Below are positions 24,847 through 37,435 of a stretch of 64,000 nt of DNA, piece by piece. Both the position numbers and the translations under genes were made by a program. Under the pieces are notes generated by a model that had not been told where the DNA came from, ran no database searches, and saw only the letters and a program-made list of their open reading frames with translations. Every line of letters starts with the position of its first letter. Positions within the stretch are counted from its first letter, which is position 1. Source of the DNA: Perkinsus chesapeaki ATCC PRA-425 (Eukaryota > Protista > Perkinsozoa); NCBI GenBank assembly GCA_013115145.1, contig JAAPAO010000008.1:98045-162044 (forward strand). The letters are read 5' to 3'.

Positions 24847-25845
24847 ATGTTGAGTTCGGTTATCGATTTTACTGATTGGGCCTGCAGCTTCGGGGTACTT
24901 TCTTCTACCGTTATGACACAATGGTCCAGCACAGTGCCGCCCGGGTGGCAAATTGTTTCAGCTCAGGATACCAAGCCGTACCGACAAGCATATACTTTAC
25001 GAGATCGAGTGGTTCCTATAAAAACCGGCCTACCCCCTGCCAGGCCAAGGATGAGCTTGTTAGGCGGAACGTATAGGCGCCATTGCTCTAAGTGCCCCGA
25101 ATACTCCTATACAGACCCCACAGCATTGCGGCAGCATTGCAAGAGCGAGTGGCACGTTGACAATGTGAAAAGGTCTCAGAGTGGCTTGGCGCCATTAAGC
25201 TACGAGGAGTGGTTACAGCTGTCTTTGGCATCTGACTCTGAAGAGCCCACTGAGGTCGATTCTGAGGAGGAAGAAGCCGAGGAATTCTCTGAACCGGAGA
25301 TTAATGGTTTTATAATGGATAATTATCCATGGAAGATTCTAACTAACTGCTCGCCGAGGATAGCGCTCGCTTCGACAATAGATCCTGACGTTTGGGCCAG
25401 CTCAGAAATAGTGGTCGTTTTACTCTTCCGGAGCGGGAGGTTTGCCGGATGTGTCTGGGATGGTGATGGTAAAGTTATAGAACATACGACCTTTAAAAAG
25501 TGCACAGTTCGACGGAAACAAGGCGGAGCTCAGAGAAACTTCGAACAAGCTAAGTCGATGGGCGCGTTTATGAGGCGAACGCAGGATGCCAAGATCAGAG
25601 AGGATGTCTCCGAGTTGATATCCGACCGATGGCGAGAGTATCTATCCAATCCAAAAGCGTTAGTCCTAGTTGGCTCCCCAAGGCAGGATCAGAACTCTGT
25701 CTTCGTGGGGCCATTGAAGAATGGCTACAAGGACCCTAGGGTGGCTAAGGTGCCACTGACATTCAGGGCACCGACGTTCACTGAGACCTTGAGGGTATAT
25801 GATGTATTGATGCGGGTAATGGTCGAAGTGCCCCCTGATGATTGA
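24847..25845 (+). CDS. VMS1: Vms1/ANKZF1-like protein (C2H2 zinc finger + VLRF1 release-factor domain), intronless, no ankyrin repeats
   Basis: CSKC..LRQHCKSEWHVDNVKR finger; acidic linker; SGRFAG, HTTFKKCTVRRKQGGAQ, SMGAFMRR, DPRVAKVPLTFRAPTF. True ATG may be downstream of 24847. Confidence 0.85.
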   Translation: MLSSVIDFTDWACSFGVLSSTVMTQWSSTVPPGWQIVSAQDTKPYRQAYTLRDRVVPIKTGLPPARPRMSLLGGTYRRHCSKCPEYSYTDPTALRQHCKSEWHVDNVKRSQSGLAPLSYEEWLQLSLASDSEEPTEVDSEEEEAEEFSEPEINGFIMDNYPWKILTNCSPRIALASTIDPDVWASSEIVVVLLFRSGRFAGCVWDGDGKVIEHTTFKKCTVRRKQGGAQRNFEQAKSMGAFMRRTQDAKIREDVSELISDRWREYLSNPKALVLVGSPRQDQNSVFVGPLKNGYKDPRVAKVPLTFRAPTFTETLRVYDVLMRVMVEVPPDD

Positions 25846-25972
25846 TAGACTGCTGTATGCCCCATTTACTGTACAGTAGAGGTGTAGAATTAACTAGCAT
25901 TATCGCTGGTCACATCATGCTCGTTTTGTTCGAGTTTTCAATCTTGTTGTCTTTGGAGTTCCCCTTAACTAT

Positions 25973-28015
25973 ATGGCTGCTGTTCGGACCGCCGCCCAGA
26001 GCCGCTTTGACGATCCTGCATTCCAAGGGTGAGATCTGTGGCAGTGCGCCGACCAAGAGCATGCAGGTACCGGTGGATGGACAACTCAGTAGAGAGTCGA
26101 CGTGAAGGGGAAGCGAGTCGCTGCGCTAAACTCTACACCGAAGTGGTGGCTAATGTAAGGAGCACTTAGCCGGCAATGTGCTTAAGAGAGATGCAGGCTA
26201 ATAAGCTGTATCGAACATTACATCCCGAAGAGGAGGACGAAGGTGATCTTGAGATTGGCGTCTTCGGCACGCAGTAAGATAGTTTTCCCAGTCTGATGGG
26301 AAAGAATACGGTACACTAGATACAGCCAGCCGGTATTGATGGTTGGTCGTGTGTGCTGTGAAGCCGACGAGAATCTTCAACCAGTGCCAGAGCCGTTGAA
26401 CCTCAATCCACAGAGCCTTCTACTGGAGCCTATCTTCACTGGTACCTCATTTACTTACTAATTATTACTTAATTTGACATTCAGGAGGTCCAGGAGTGAG
26501 TGGCCGAGGCAGGAGACTCGTCCTTAACGTGCAATCTTTGGACAGTTACACGGGTAGTACTGCCAGTTGTTCAGTAGTGATGCCCATCGTCGTGGCAGTC
26601 TTTCCTGGTTGTGTGGTGGGCGTTGTTGGGCGTACAAGCCCCAATAGTTGCGGATCGGAGATTCTCGCGGAGGCGATGGTAACTGGAGCAGGCGAGCAGT
26701 GGGTGAAGAAAGATGCCGTAAACGAGTAAGAACTGTGATTCCAGCATTATGGGGACAGTTCTTCATCAGACAAACTATCTCCTTGGAAATAGCTCACACC
26801 GACGGGTCACCCATTCATATTGTCTGCGCTAGTGGGCCATTCCAGACCATCAAGGGAACAGCGAAGGGTGGAGAGAGGCTAGATATCCTTTCAAAGTGGG
26901 GCTTCTGGTATCGATATCTTTCCTCTATAGACGACGCTCAGGTATATATCTGACTTTAAGCCAGCGGTACTTCTTTTGATGGGACCATTTCTGGATGCGG
27001 ATGTGATGGAAGCTACGCTGTTTGATGGGGTACTCGAGGAGGAGTGTCAAGGAATGTTCCTAAGGGTTTAGGTGGAGAATCCTGTCAGTTTTGAAGACAC
27101 ATTTAACAAGGCAATACTTCCAAGGATTGTCAAGTTGGCGCTTGGGTGTCGAGAGACTAGAACGCATGTAAGAAGGGAGGCACTCTAAGCTTTGTAGAAC
27201 ATCCGCCCGTGAAGCGCTTGGTGCCGTGGTTATCCAATAGCAGCTCCCTGCGTAGTGATGCGATGGCTGTAGGATTCGGTCTAGAGCTACTGGTTTGGTT
27301 ATTGATCACTGTATTGATAACTCCTATGTGTCTTCTCTTCGCAGCTCATTATCATCCCTTCCCTTAACGAGTGCTGCTTTAACTACCCCTTGCCTCAGCC
27401 AACGTAATAACATTGCATCTCAACTAGTAAGAGTATTAGTCATATTCAGGCTCATGGCAATGCGGGCCTATGAGCCTTGGGCTACTCTGGCCAAGCACTT
27501 AGAGCCGATGCGTCATGTAGCTTTACTTCTACACTTTGTCGATAGATACCATTGCGCAGGTTCGGCTCGGGCCTAATCCATGCTCCATACGCCTCAACGA
27601 TGTCACCTTCTACGTCACCTCTGCTGGTACTGACAGGCTAGATGTGGCTTGCGGACATTGAAGTATGTAGATCCTTTCAAATCCTTCACCAGCGAGATTC
27701 TCAGCAAGGCACCTGGGAACGAGAATCGTCCTAATAAGATAGAGCTCGCATTAGAGCAGGTGTGGCGACTAGTATTATTCGACCCGATCTCATTGTACTT
27801 AGTTCGTCTCCCATCGGTCTTTATTCCCTATGAGCCCGTCGCCTCTACTTATCGATGCCAATAAGCTCAGGGCTGGCTCCCTTAGAATGCCTGACGCTAC
27901 CGGCATAGTGGTAGTCCAGCCCTTTATTGGGGACTCCAACAGTGCTGCTTGGCTCAGGTCTTCCCTTCGATAGTGCATCATTTCAGTAAGCAAATTGGTG
28001 GTCGACTATTCCTGA
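25973..28015 (+). CDS. POLA2: DNA polymerase alpha accessory (B) subunit, multi-exon
   Basis: LNPQSLLLE, GRRLVLNVQSLDSY, AVFPGCVVGVVG, IVCASGPF, LLLMGPFLD, IIPSL..CFNYPLPQP, PNPCSIRLNDV. Ends approximate. Confidence 0.85.
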
Positions 28016-28298
28016 ATTGTGGAGTGTTTACAAAGTAGCTATCTTCCAGCGGTTCCAAGCCTAGGATGGTTTTACTTCGTTCAGAGGCACCGGCTCAGGA
28101 AGCATGCTCAGCGTGTTCATCTCGCCTGGTGGGGAGAAGAGCGAGAGCATCGAGAGTCGAGTTAAGACTGAAGTCATTAAAACCTAAGATATGCAGGAGC
28201 TATATTGCACGCCAATTACATGAGTTTCGTCCTCCAGCCGCTTGCGTTGTTGCTTATTGCATTCTGTGCAGTTTTTCTCCACGTCCAGGTTAGGAATT

Positions 28299-28829
28299 AT
28301 GATATCCGATATCCGCAGTATTGTCGGGGAAGGCTGGGATAAGTGAGATAGATTCCTTAAACGCGGTGTGGTGGGGCAAACCTTTCTGTCAGGTATAACA
28401 AGATGACTCCTCAGAAGGTGAAGCTACTGGATCTTTACATAGTGTAAGGCTCTTATGTCACAAGGCTACTGTTATTATTCATTGCCTTCAGGTTTTTAGC
28501 CTATCTGGCAGCTATGCAATTCAGCTATATGTGGTTGGTTGGAACCTTCCCTTATAACTCCTTTCTCTCTGGCTTCTGGGCCACTATGGGCACTGCTGCT
28601 CTCACTTGTAAGGGAGCTACTTCATGGTCGAACCCGGGACCTGACTGGTGTGTTTAGGCTGCTATCGTATTCAGCTGCTGAGTGGCCGTGAAACCTTCAA
28701 GGAAGTCGGCCCTGAGAGGGCGTACGCAGACTACCTTGTCTGTGCTGGGGTAACCTTATCAATTCAAAGGGTACCATCTCAACTCCAATTTAGGTACTTT
28801 TTTTCAGCTGCGTGAACTTCCTTGGTTAG
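28299..28829 (+). CDS. DAD1: oligosaccharyltransferase subunit DAD1/OST2
   Basis: YNKMTPQKVKLLDLYIV, LVGTFPYNSFLSGF, LRIQL..GPERAYADY, C-terminal CVNFLG stop at 28827-28829. Confidence 0.92.
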
Positions 28830-28952
28830 AATGGATTAGGATGCCGAGCTGTCGCTCTGCTACTTTCATTATTGACTGCTAGCTGTCTTGCGTTGTGCTT
28901 AGTCGATGATACTTGTTATTGTTGTAAGTACAACCAAGGCTCCGTGGAAGCT

Positions 28953-31551
28953 ATGACCTACTACCGTGGGGATCGGTCAGCCTCCAGTTGGGCACGTAGC
29001 GATGAAAGGATGAGAGGACATCCTCCTTACTCTCAATCGAGCCGAAGGGAATCGAATTCTGCGGCTGGCGTTAGGGGCCTACCAGACGAAGGGAACCCGG
29101 AAGTTTACGAGATTAAGATTCTTGTCCCGGACACCGAAATAAGGAAGATTATTGGATACCGAGGAGAGACAGTGGATAGGCTGGAGAATCATAATAGGAT
29201 TAAAATAATATCGGCAAACAATGGAAACTTCTTTCCAGGCAGCCAGAAGCAAGAGCGTAAGCGAAAGGTCCCCGGTTCAATCCCTAGCGACGGAACATAT
29301 TCGTCTGTGGAAAGTTATCGATGAGGCTAGTCAGATGCTTGCTGCTTGCTGTTGCAGGAGCTGTTCGGATAGTTGGACGTTACCGTGATGTGCTACGAGG
29401 GCTAACGCAGATTGTGGAGATGACAGAGGATCCGAACGACCCTCAGATTTATGTAGTGCGAGGCGAGGGGCGCTGGAACGGATTATCGATTGGCGATTAT
29501 CAATTGGCAATTTACTGAAGGGCCGATTGGAATTCGGGAAGAGGGCCTTGTGGTTGATCAGTTTGTTGTACCACAACGGTGTGTCCCTGCTATAATAGGG
29601 ACTAAGGGGGCTAGAGTAAGGGGAATAAATGATCGGTATGATACTAAAATAGAGGTACTAATGCTGCCTTTACCTCTTACCTCTATCATCTTATCAGGTT
29701 TTCACCGATCAAGAATACCGATGTGCATTTGCTACTGATGAGAGTGTTGTTAAATGTGCATTATGGAAGGAGCGAATGCCTGCTAGTAACTACTACAGGT
29801 GGACGTCTTTGTATCATTTGCATGCAGATACCAGACTAAGTAAGCAGGAGAAGGTATCAGCAGCGGCGATGGAGTCAATTGACGCAATGGCTCATTCACA
29901 TTATGGTAATCTTCATGACGACAGGAACAACTCCTCGCTTGCTAGAAATTGTCAGATGGGTTCGAAATTTGGCTGCTTGTACTTTAGATAGCGGCCCATT
30001 CAGCTACAACCAGCGAGTGAACTATGAGGTCTCTGGCCAAAGAGAGCCCCCGTATCGATTGGGCCGAGGTGAACCTATGAGAAGCGACCCACCACTGCCG
30101 AGAGGGTCTTTTGGAGGCCATTCTGCATCGTAATATCTTAGCGTCGCGGCCAGGGAGGGTTACACGTGTGTTTGTCAGTAACCAAAACCCGGCTGCCTAT
30201 GCCTCTGGCCGGAGCCAGTCATCTTGGGGATGGAGTCAGGATAGCTACAATGACAATTGGAAGCGGCGCCGGTCCGGAAATGCCTGGGATACGTGGGCTG
30301 ATGACCGCCATAGAAGCTCATCGGGCCAGCAACGAGGTGGCCATCGCGAGGAGCAGGCGCCAACTCGTCATGGCCGGATTCCGCAGTGGGAGACAGCAGA
30401 GGAGGATCGTAATAGAATGGAGCAACGCCTCTGTTAAGTCTCGTATGACCTATCTTCAGGGAGCCTACGAGAACATACACGATTCCGTTCAAAAAAGCCA
30501 GTTAACGAAACCCTAGCGGTTGCAGCCGCAGTTGTGAAGGGAAATGAGGATGTGGGTTAAAGTGGGCAGAACATTGGCATTATAGATTGACTGTTGTTAG
30601 ATGATGCCCCTGCAAAGCACTATAGTACTACCAGACATACCTGCTCATGCAGCTGCATTAATAATAGGAGGGCAAGGCTCCATGGTGAGGGAGGGCAGAT
30701 CAAGCAAATAATTCCGTTCAACTCGACTACATGCTGTAGTGGCACTGAAACCGTTGATCGATCCGGCCGTTTTGTTGTCTTGGGCGAGCGCTGCCGAGTG
30801 GTTGTTCGGCTTTAGATACGTGAGCTGAAGGAGTCCAGCGGCGCTAATGTAGTAGTGAGGGAGCGCGGGGTAAGTCGACGCCTATCTGCCCTGGTTGAAT
30901 TGAAGCCGTATCAGGACGGCCCACGGAACGTGCTCATATCGGGGCACCTGTCTGCCGTGCATGGTGCCATGCTTGCAGTTTGTGAGCTCATACAGTTGGC
31001 TGAGGGAAAAGGAAGTGTAGGTGGCTGGAACGGGTTGACAGAACCGTGCCCATTATAGGACCCTGCAGCGGTTTCGCATCGGGGAGGAATGCGGAGTCTA
31101 GTGGCTAAGATGGTACATACCATTCCAAGCACCCTGTCGGTATTTTCTTATTTTGTCAGCTAGCACTGAATCAGCCAAGTTGTAGCACTGCGGGGAGGGA
31201 AGAGGGAGTGGGTGGGAAAGAAGGTAAAACTGAAGCTGTGGAGGATGCGTTTGGAGGTAGTAGTGTTCATGGGGCCAGCCATGGTGAGGAAATGCTAAGA
31301 CTAGGGAATGCTTAGACGGGGAAGAAGACCGGCCAGAGAAACGAGCGAGAATGTTGGAAGGTGTCCCTGAGATGAACGTCGAGGAGGGAAGCACCGAACA
31401 GGTATACTAGTTCAGAAGGTGTAGGATGACAGGCGCCTATTAGGTCCCTGAAGCTTTGAGCCAGGAGCAGAATGATGAAGTAAGCGAAGAGATTGATACT
31501 GCCGAGATTGGGCCTCCACCCTCATCGCCTAGGGGCGATTATGAACAGTGA
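28953..31551 (+). CDS. multi-KH-domain RNA-binding protein
   Basis: KH GxxG loops: ILVPDTEIRKIIGYRGETV, FVVPQRCVPAIIGTKGARVRGI, LHGEGGQIKQ, IRELKESSGANV; Arg/Ser/Gly-rich linker. Ends approximate. Confidence 0.8.
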
Positions 31552-31720
31552 GTGTGGTCGTTATAGTACTACGTTGAGGCAGCAGCCCACGGATTGTTGA
31601 GTTACCTCAATTAGTCTGGGCCGCCTTAGAGGAAGGACGCCTTCACAATGACAATAAAGAGGCACTTTCGGAGTGTACCGTATCCTTCGAAACCTGGTCG
31701 GTGGTCGGATCATATCTTAG

Positions 31721-33119
31721 TTGTCCATTATAAGATGGCACCCGTCAATGCAGCTATCACGTACAGTAATAATAACGGTAAAACCCGGCTCACAGAGTGT
31801 AAGGAGTTTAAGTGCTGAGGATACATCATCGAGTATCCCTCTCAGCTGTGCTGCTTTCCTTTGCCTCTTTCTCGGCAACGGCTGGAATTCAGCAAACCAC
31901 GGAGAAGTCACTTCGAGGATCCTTTGCCAAGAAGTAGTAGTGTCTCCTGCTATTGGGGTGTGGAGATGGTGCTCAGCTTCCTGATTTTCCTTCTGCCACT
32001 GTATCATGGTGTCTCAGACTGGCTCTGCTGAAGCCGCTTTTCGAGGACTTGTCGAAGCCACCTGAAGAACGCATAAGAGCGGCAACGAAGTCCTCAGAGG
32101 CGCTCGATCGACAGGTGAATTTGGGAGGCTGCGTGAATGCGTGAATTCGGGTATGGTTAGAATGAAAAAGAAGCGGAATCACATAGAGCTGAAATGGCTG
32201 CTTTGAAAAAGAGCATCGGGACCGCAGAACGAGACGGCGACCTGTCGAAGAAGTCTCTGCGGGTAGGGGGGCTCCATCTTGAAGGTTAGACTGCTGTATA
32301 AGGCACGTTTATCAAAGGCTAAGCAGGAGAAGGAGGATTGCATCGCCGAGGTGAGGGCTGACCTTACTGCCGCTGTGATGCCTTCCTCGTTCAGTATGAG
32401 AAGCTACTGCAGGAAGCTAATAGGGAATTTGACAAGCAGCGGGAGAGCCTGAGCAAGCAGATTGAACGGGTAAGTCACAGGGAGTTCTCATCCCAATTGG
32501 AGCCGCCCTATTGTTTCTTTCTGTTGCGTACTGTATTTCTGTGTGTGTTTCGCTACAGGCAACTCGACAAGTAGAAAGTGTCGGAACAAAGAGAGCTACA
32601 GCTGAGAGGAAATCTTCCGAGTTGGAAGTCCAGAACGATTCTCTACGAAGAAAGCTGAACGATGCAGGTAAATGTAGAGATAACGTGCCTCATAAGCATC
32701 ACCATGCGCCTTCAGAGACCCAGGTGAAGGTTCTCATCAAAGAGATACAGGCGTTACGCAGTGGAGGCCATAACCGTTCAGCATGTTCAACACAGGCCGA
32801 GCTAGATGGAACCAATGTCGATGCATCAATGAGTAGATCCCAATGCTCTCCAATCCTTGTAATGTGTCTTGTATAATCAGTGTTTGATTCCGAGGTCTCG
32901 GCGGTCATGGGTGCAGCCCCCAGCAAGCTCCCGGCCAGTCGGTCGGTCATTGTACTGGACGGTGTGAGTGAACTGCGCAGCAGCAACGAATCAAGTACAG
33001 TCTCTCCTCTCAGTGCTAACAGGAGTGTAAGTCTTGTTTTAGGTAACATTATTGGTAAAAAGGCCCGCAGTAAGACCGTGATCATGGAAGGGGAGCGTGA
33101 CCCTACACTAGTGAGTTAG
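31721..33119 (+). CDS. uncharacterised coiled-coil protein (multi-exon)
   Basis: heptad-rich exons AEMAALKKSIGTAERD, YEKLLQEANREFDKQRE, KSSELEVQNDSLRRKLNDA bounded by GT-AG introns. Confidence 0.55.
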
Positions 33120-35330
33120 TTGTAGTTGCGATGGAGCGTATCGTCTGTTGTAGAAACGTCACCGCAGTGGTCGCCCGGAGTCGAAGACTGCTGCCACACC
33201 TGTAGGCTATATGAGCATTCTAAAGGGGGCATCAGTTGATTTCTTGACCAGGCGCTTATCCCTGAGGGGCAGTCTCCTCCCAGGAAGCGGCCACACTGGA
33301 ACCGCAAGGGAGCTACTCCAGTAGCTGAGCGTACACGCTCACGTAAGGCTGCTGTTAACGCCGATGGAAGCGGTTAAACTTGACGACGACTTTCTGTTAA
33401 ATGAAGCCTCGTCTATGCATGCTTGCTGAGATGACATCTCCTGAATTGCTCACTGAGCAATCAATTTGATCATTATTATCACCGCGTGCCTGTGTAGCGT
33501 TTGAACAGTCCCATACGATAATGAAACTCCCTCGAACCTTTAGCGAACTGTCTGCCATTATAGAAAGTGTGTTGCTCAAACTCTCCCATTACCGAAGATG
33601 TAATACAAATGTGAAAACACGTCAAAAGCAACTGACAAGGAGTCGCACAACTCGGCACGAACGTAGACAACACCGCTATAGCTCCTTAGCTGAATTTCAG
33701 CAAGATTCGGTATTAGACAAGGACAATTTCTTCACATTCGAGGCCGGCGGCAACCGTCGCACCGCCCTCTAGCAGTTAGATATGTAGAGGTCTTCGTGAA
33801 CCATGTGTCGGTACTGTATTGGACTTCTCCGGGAGAAGTTATCTTGACGGAATGCTCTTGATAAAGATCGCGGGGCTTTTTAGCGCTTCGACGTATCGGA
33901 TTGATAATGACATGGAACTCAACACGCTCCGTTCGCAATAGATTGTCATGCTCATGACGAAACATCCTCTACTTCTTCTTTCCACCTTTCTTTCCCTGAT
34001 GATCACAAATCCACAAACTCCTTCATGGACGGAGCAGCCCACCTTCTTCTTCATGGCCTTGCGTAGCTTGTGATAATCCTCGCGCTGCAGAATTCCCCTC
34101 CAATAGGACTGAACCGTTGATGCCGCATCATCCAGTCGAGCTGCTTCTGCTCTGATTCTGCTTCTTCGGGCTTCATCAATGAGATTCTCTGCCTCTATTC
34201 GGCTGTTCTCGGCGTCAATCTGTGATCCCGGGAATGTGATTGTACATGCGAGACATCATAATTTACTTACGACGTCAAAGTGGTCCCTCAGACGGCGGAA
34301 TATCTCTCCTTCTTTAGCCATATCATCAGCCAAGAGTCGACGCTCAGCCGTAAGTTCAGCAACCTATGGAGTTGCCTGCTTGATAGTCGTCTAGCACTCA
34401 TCCTCCCACGCGTGAATCGAAGTTCTTAATGAGGTTGTCTAGGTCGGTTTCGCGGCGAAGCTTCTGCTTTCGGAGTGCCTCTTCCTGGTCTCTGTTGGAA
34501 TTGCGCAGCGCCTGCGACTAAGTATAGTATAAACTAAATAGCAATCAACCGAAGACCATGTAAGCCTTGGTGGAAGTGTCAAGCTCCTTCTCGAGGCTCT
34601 CCTCCTTTGCCTTCCATTCATCGCAGAGATTCCTCATGCGACCGCCGTACTTTTGATCTGAGATTGCCGTGTAACCATCTAGCCAGCTTCACGCTCGCTA
34701 CTGAGCTGCCTTAGTTTGAGCTCGGTTGAATCTCTAACATCGATGAGATCTGCTTTTAGCTTGTTTAGAGTTTCTGTGCGAGCTGCTCGTGTTTTCTCCC
34801 TCTCAAATCTGACCTGCGATGGGAGCCGCCCCTCTAACGGTTTTCAATCGTTTGGATCTACGTGACTGAGTTTGCTCTCAAGCTTGGCTTTACGATCACT
34901 GGCCGCTCGTTCCCTCAGCAGATAATGTGCTACAATGTCCTGCCTAGACCTCTCTTCTTCAACAGTCGTGGTGATGCGCTTCAGTATAACATCCTACAAT
35001 ACCGGATAGGAGCATGAAACAAAGCATCATCCCCACTTGCATTCCTGCGAGGGTTCTGAGAAGTTGCAATAAGGCAACTGGTCTCTGAGACGAATCTTGA
35101 AGCCTGCGAAGCTCCGTGATGATACCAGGGGCCGCCTTCATGCGTCTGAGATTGGACATCACTAGTACACAGCAGAACCGTGGAAGAACCTGCATAAGTC
35201 GGATGTGCTCTTTTTCAATCTATCTACGGTTTCGCGAACATCATCATTGTCTTCTTGAATTGTGAAAGTGCCTACACTCTCCCACAAAAAAGCTGAGTGT
35301 TCACTATGGTACCATCGCTATTAGTATTAA
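33116..35330 (-). CDS. uncharacterised coiled-coil protein with an IQ-like motif (multi-exon)
   Basis: E/K/R-rich exons 34100-34950; AASTVQSLLRGILQREDYHKLRKAMKKK near 34050-34130. Boundaries uncertain. Confidence 0.5.
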
Positions 35331-35376
35331 GCATCACGTACAGATCTTCCAGCCTTATCTAAAAGTGGAACGGATA

Positions 35377-37060
35377 TTAGAATATATCTAGCGGTCTGTA
35401 GGGATACTTGTTCGGAGAACTTCTTGACGAAATCTTGACCAATGTGTTCAATTGCGCCTCCCCCACCTTCACCTTGAAGCCCATCGAGGACCTATACAAG
35501 TTACGTACCCTCGAGGCTGGAGAATCACCCTGAGGCAACAACACCTGTTGCGTTATTAGGGTTAAGAAGGTCGTTCTCCCTTTAAGTTCGTCCATGATAG
35601 CAAGCACTCGCTGGGCGTCTGCGTTTATGGGTTTAGCTAACATGGTAAAGGCTATCAACTCGAGACAACATTTTTGTGACGTTACACTGACCTGAAGCGT
35701 CACTAGTTGCTGGTCTTTCCTGTGACATTGTAATAGCTGATTGGACAAACTGCGATTTACAAGAAAACAACCGAAGAAACCGCAACTCACGAGCCTCGAT
35801 ACGAGCCCGACTATCGCACCAAGTTGCACCCAAAGACCGGACTGCCCCTGTGCTACATCAAAGAACCCCGCGTTTCTCACCGGATACGGAAAGCATTAAC
35901 TTTGACTCAACAATCCCGTTTCATGGAATGAGAGAATGAAAGGAAATGCCTGAAGTGTGAACAACGGGGCCAATTTCTCGTAAACTCCCGCAGTGGCACT
36001 GCGGCAGAACGAGGCAAACACCATCAGATGGGACATAACATCACCCGATGGCGGAAGCAACCTCCGCGAAGACAATCCACACAACGAAATTCGACCAATC
36101 TATCAGCTATGCGAAGAACCGTAGACCAACGCGTCGGTTACAGGTAGGTACAATCACTGATAATGGATACTATTTAATAATACATGGTTCGCTATGCTAC
36201 TTTCTCACAGCCTTTGATATGGAGGAGCAAGACAAGAAGCACACCATTCCAAGGTATACGATAAATGGCGCCGTGCGCCGGATCAGAACGCCCAAATACA
36301 CCGCCAAGGGCAAAAAGGGCTACACAAAGGGGGAAATACATCCCAAGGTCTTCACTTACTTGCACTGTGTACGTCTACAATCGTACATAAGAAAGCATAA
36401 CCATCACGACAGTGACGAGTCGAGCACAGAACTCATATACGACTAAGGTACATAGTTGGAGGCGAGTAGAAGACGATAGTACAACATTAACGAAATGAAT
36501 ATCACAGCATAGTCCGGAACATCGGGACCCATACGATCGAGTGATGGTACAGGACAACCGGAAAAACCCGACACATTGCTGAACAAAGGTATACAACACT
36601 CACACTGTCATGTGGCTTTCAAGGACTCGGAGGACCCTTGAACGGTCTGAAAGCGCAAAACAATTAACCGTGCCTAAGAGCGTCCTCCATCGCTGATGCG
36701 ATGTGCCGAGCTTACTGGCAGCAACCTTCCTAGCGCTTGGCCTCTTCGGTTTAAGGGAGCCCAAGAACTGCTCTAGATCTTCACTGGCTCTAGGCTTGGC
36801 AGAATTGATCTGGGTGGAGGCTTCGACTCCGTAACAATCAGTGATCATCGACATAGCAAGAACGAATATCACGATGTAACGAGAAAAGCGCATACAGTAG
36901 CAGCGAAGGCTGCGCAAATGATAAAGGCTGAAGAAATATACTCAGTAGCACTTCTGCGACATAAGTACACGACAATTACATAGAACATAGACTAGACTTA
37001 GACTTACGATAGGAACTAATACAGAGAAGCCCACATGCCCCTCTCCATTCATTGCCTCTA
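35377..37060 (-). CDS. uncharacterised multi-pass membrane protein (multi-exon)
   Basis: canonical gtaagt..cgcag intron near 36955-37008; hydrophobic exons LPLAVYLGVLIRRTAPFIVYLGMVCFLSC and DWSNFVVWIVFAEVASAIG. No family recognised. Confidence 0.4.
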
Positions 37061-37117
37061 CACTACGATGGGGCGTAACCGTTGTGCCATATTTAAGAGG
37101 GCCCCGGCTGCGGTTGC

Positions 37118-37128
37118 GCATGCGTGCA
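37118..37128 (-). promoter_or_regulatory. TGCACGCATGC motif (candidate cis element)
   Basis: gcatgcgtgca on the + strand, between two divergent genes; same 11-mer at 42652, 42680 and 45317. Confidence 0.4.
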
Positions 37129-37435
37129 CAGCTAGCTCTCCCATGTGGCTCGCCCATAAACAAATCGTTAGTTGAAGTGCAATCGCGGATAGCCAGTAGT
37201 ATTATTGATTATTCGTATCAGGAGTATGCTAGATATGCATACAATGCCGAAGACAACCCTCACAATTTTGTGTCACATTCTCATCAAAAGTTACGTTCTT
37301 CGGTCAGTCCGAGAGCACACAAAAAACGCGCCCTTACGTTGCGCGACATCGATGCAAGTTTGAGAGTGCTCGAAGAGAGAGAGGAACTTCTCGTCACCGT
37401 CCCGTTCAGTTATAGGATAACTCTCCTTTATTTTT

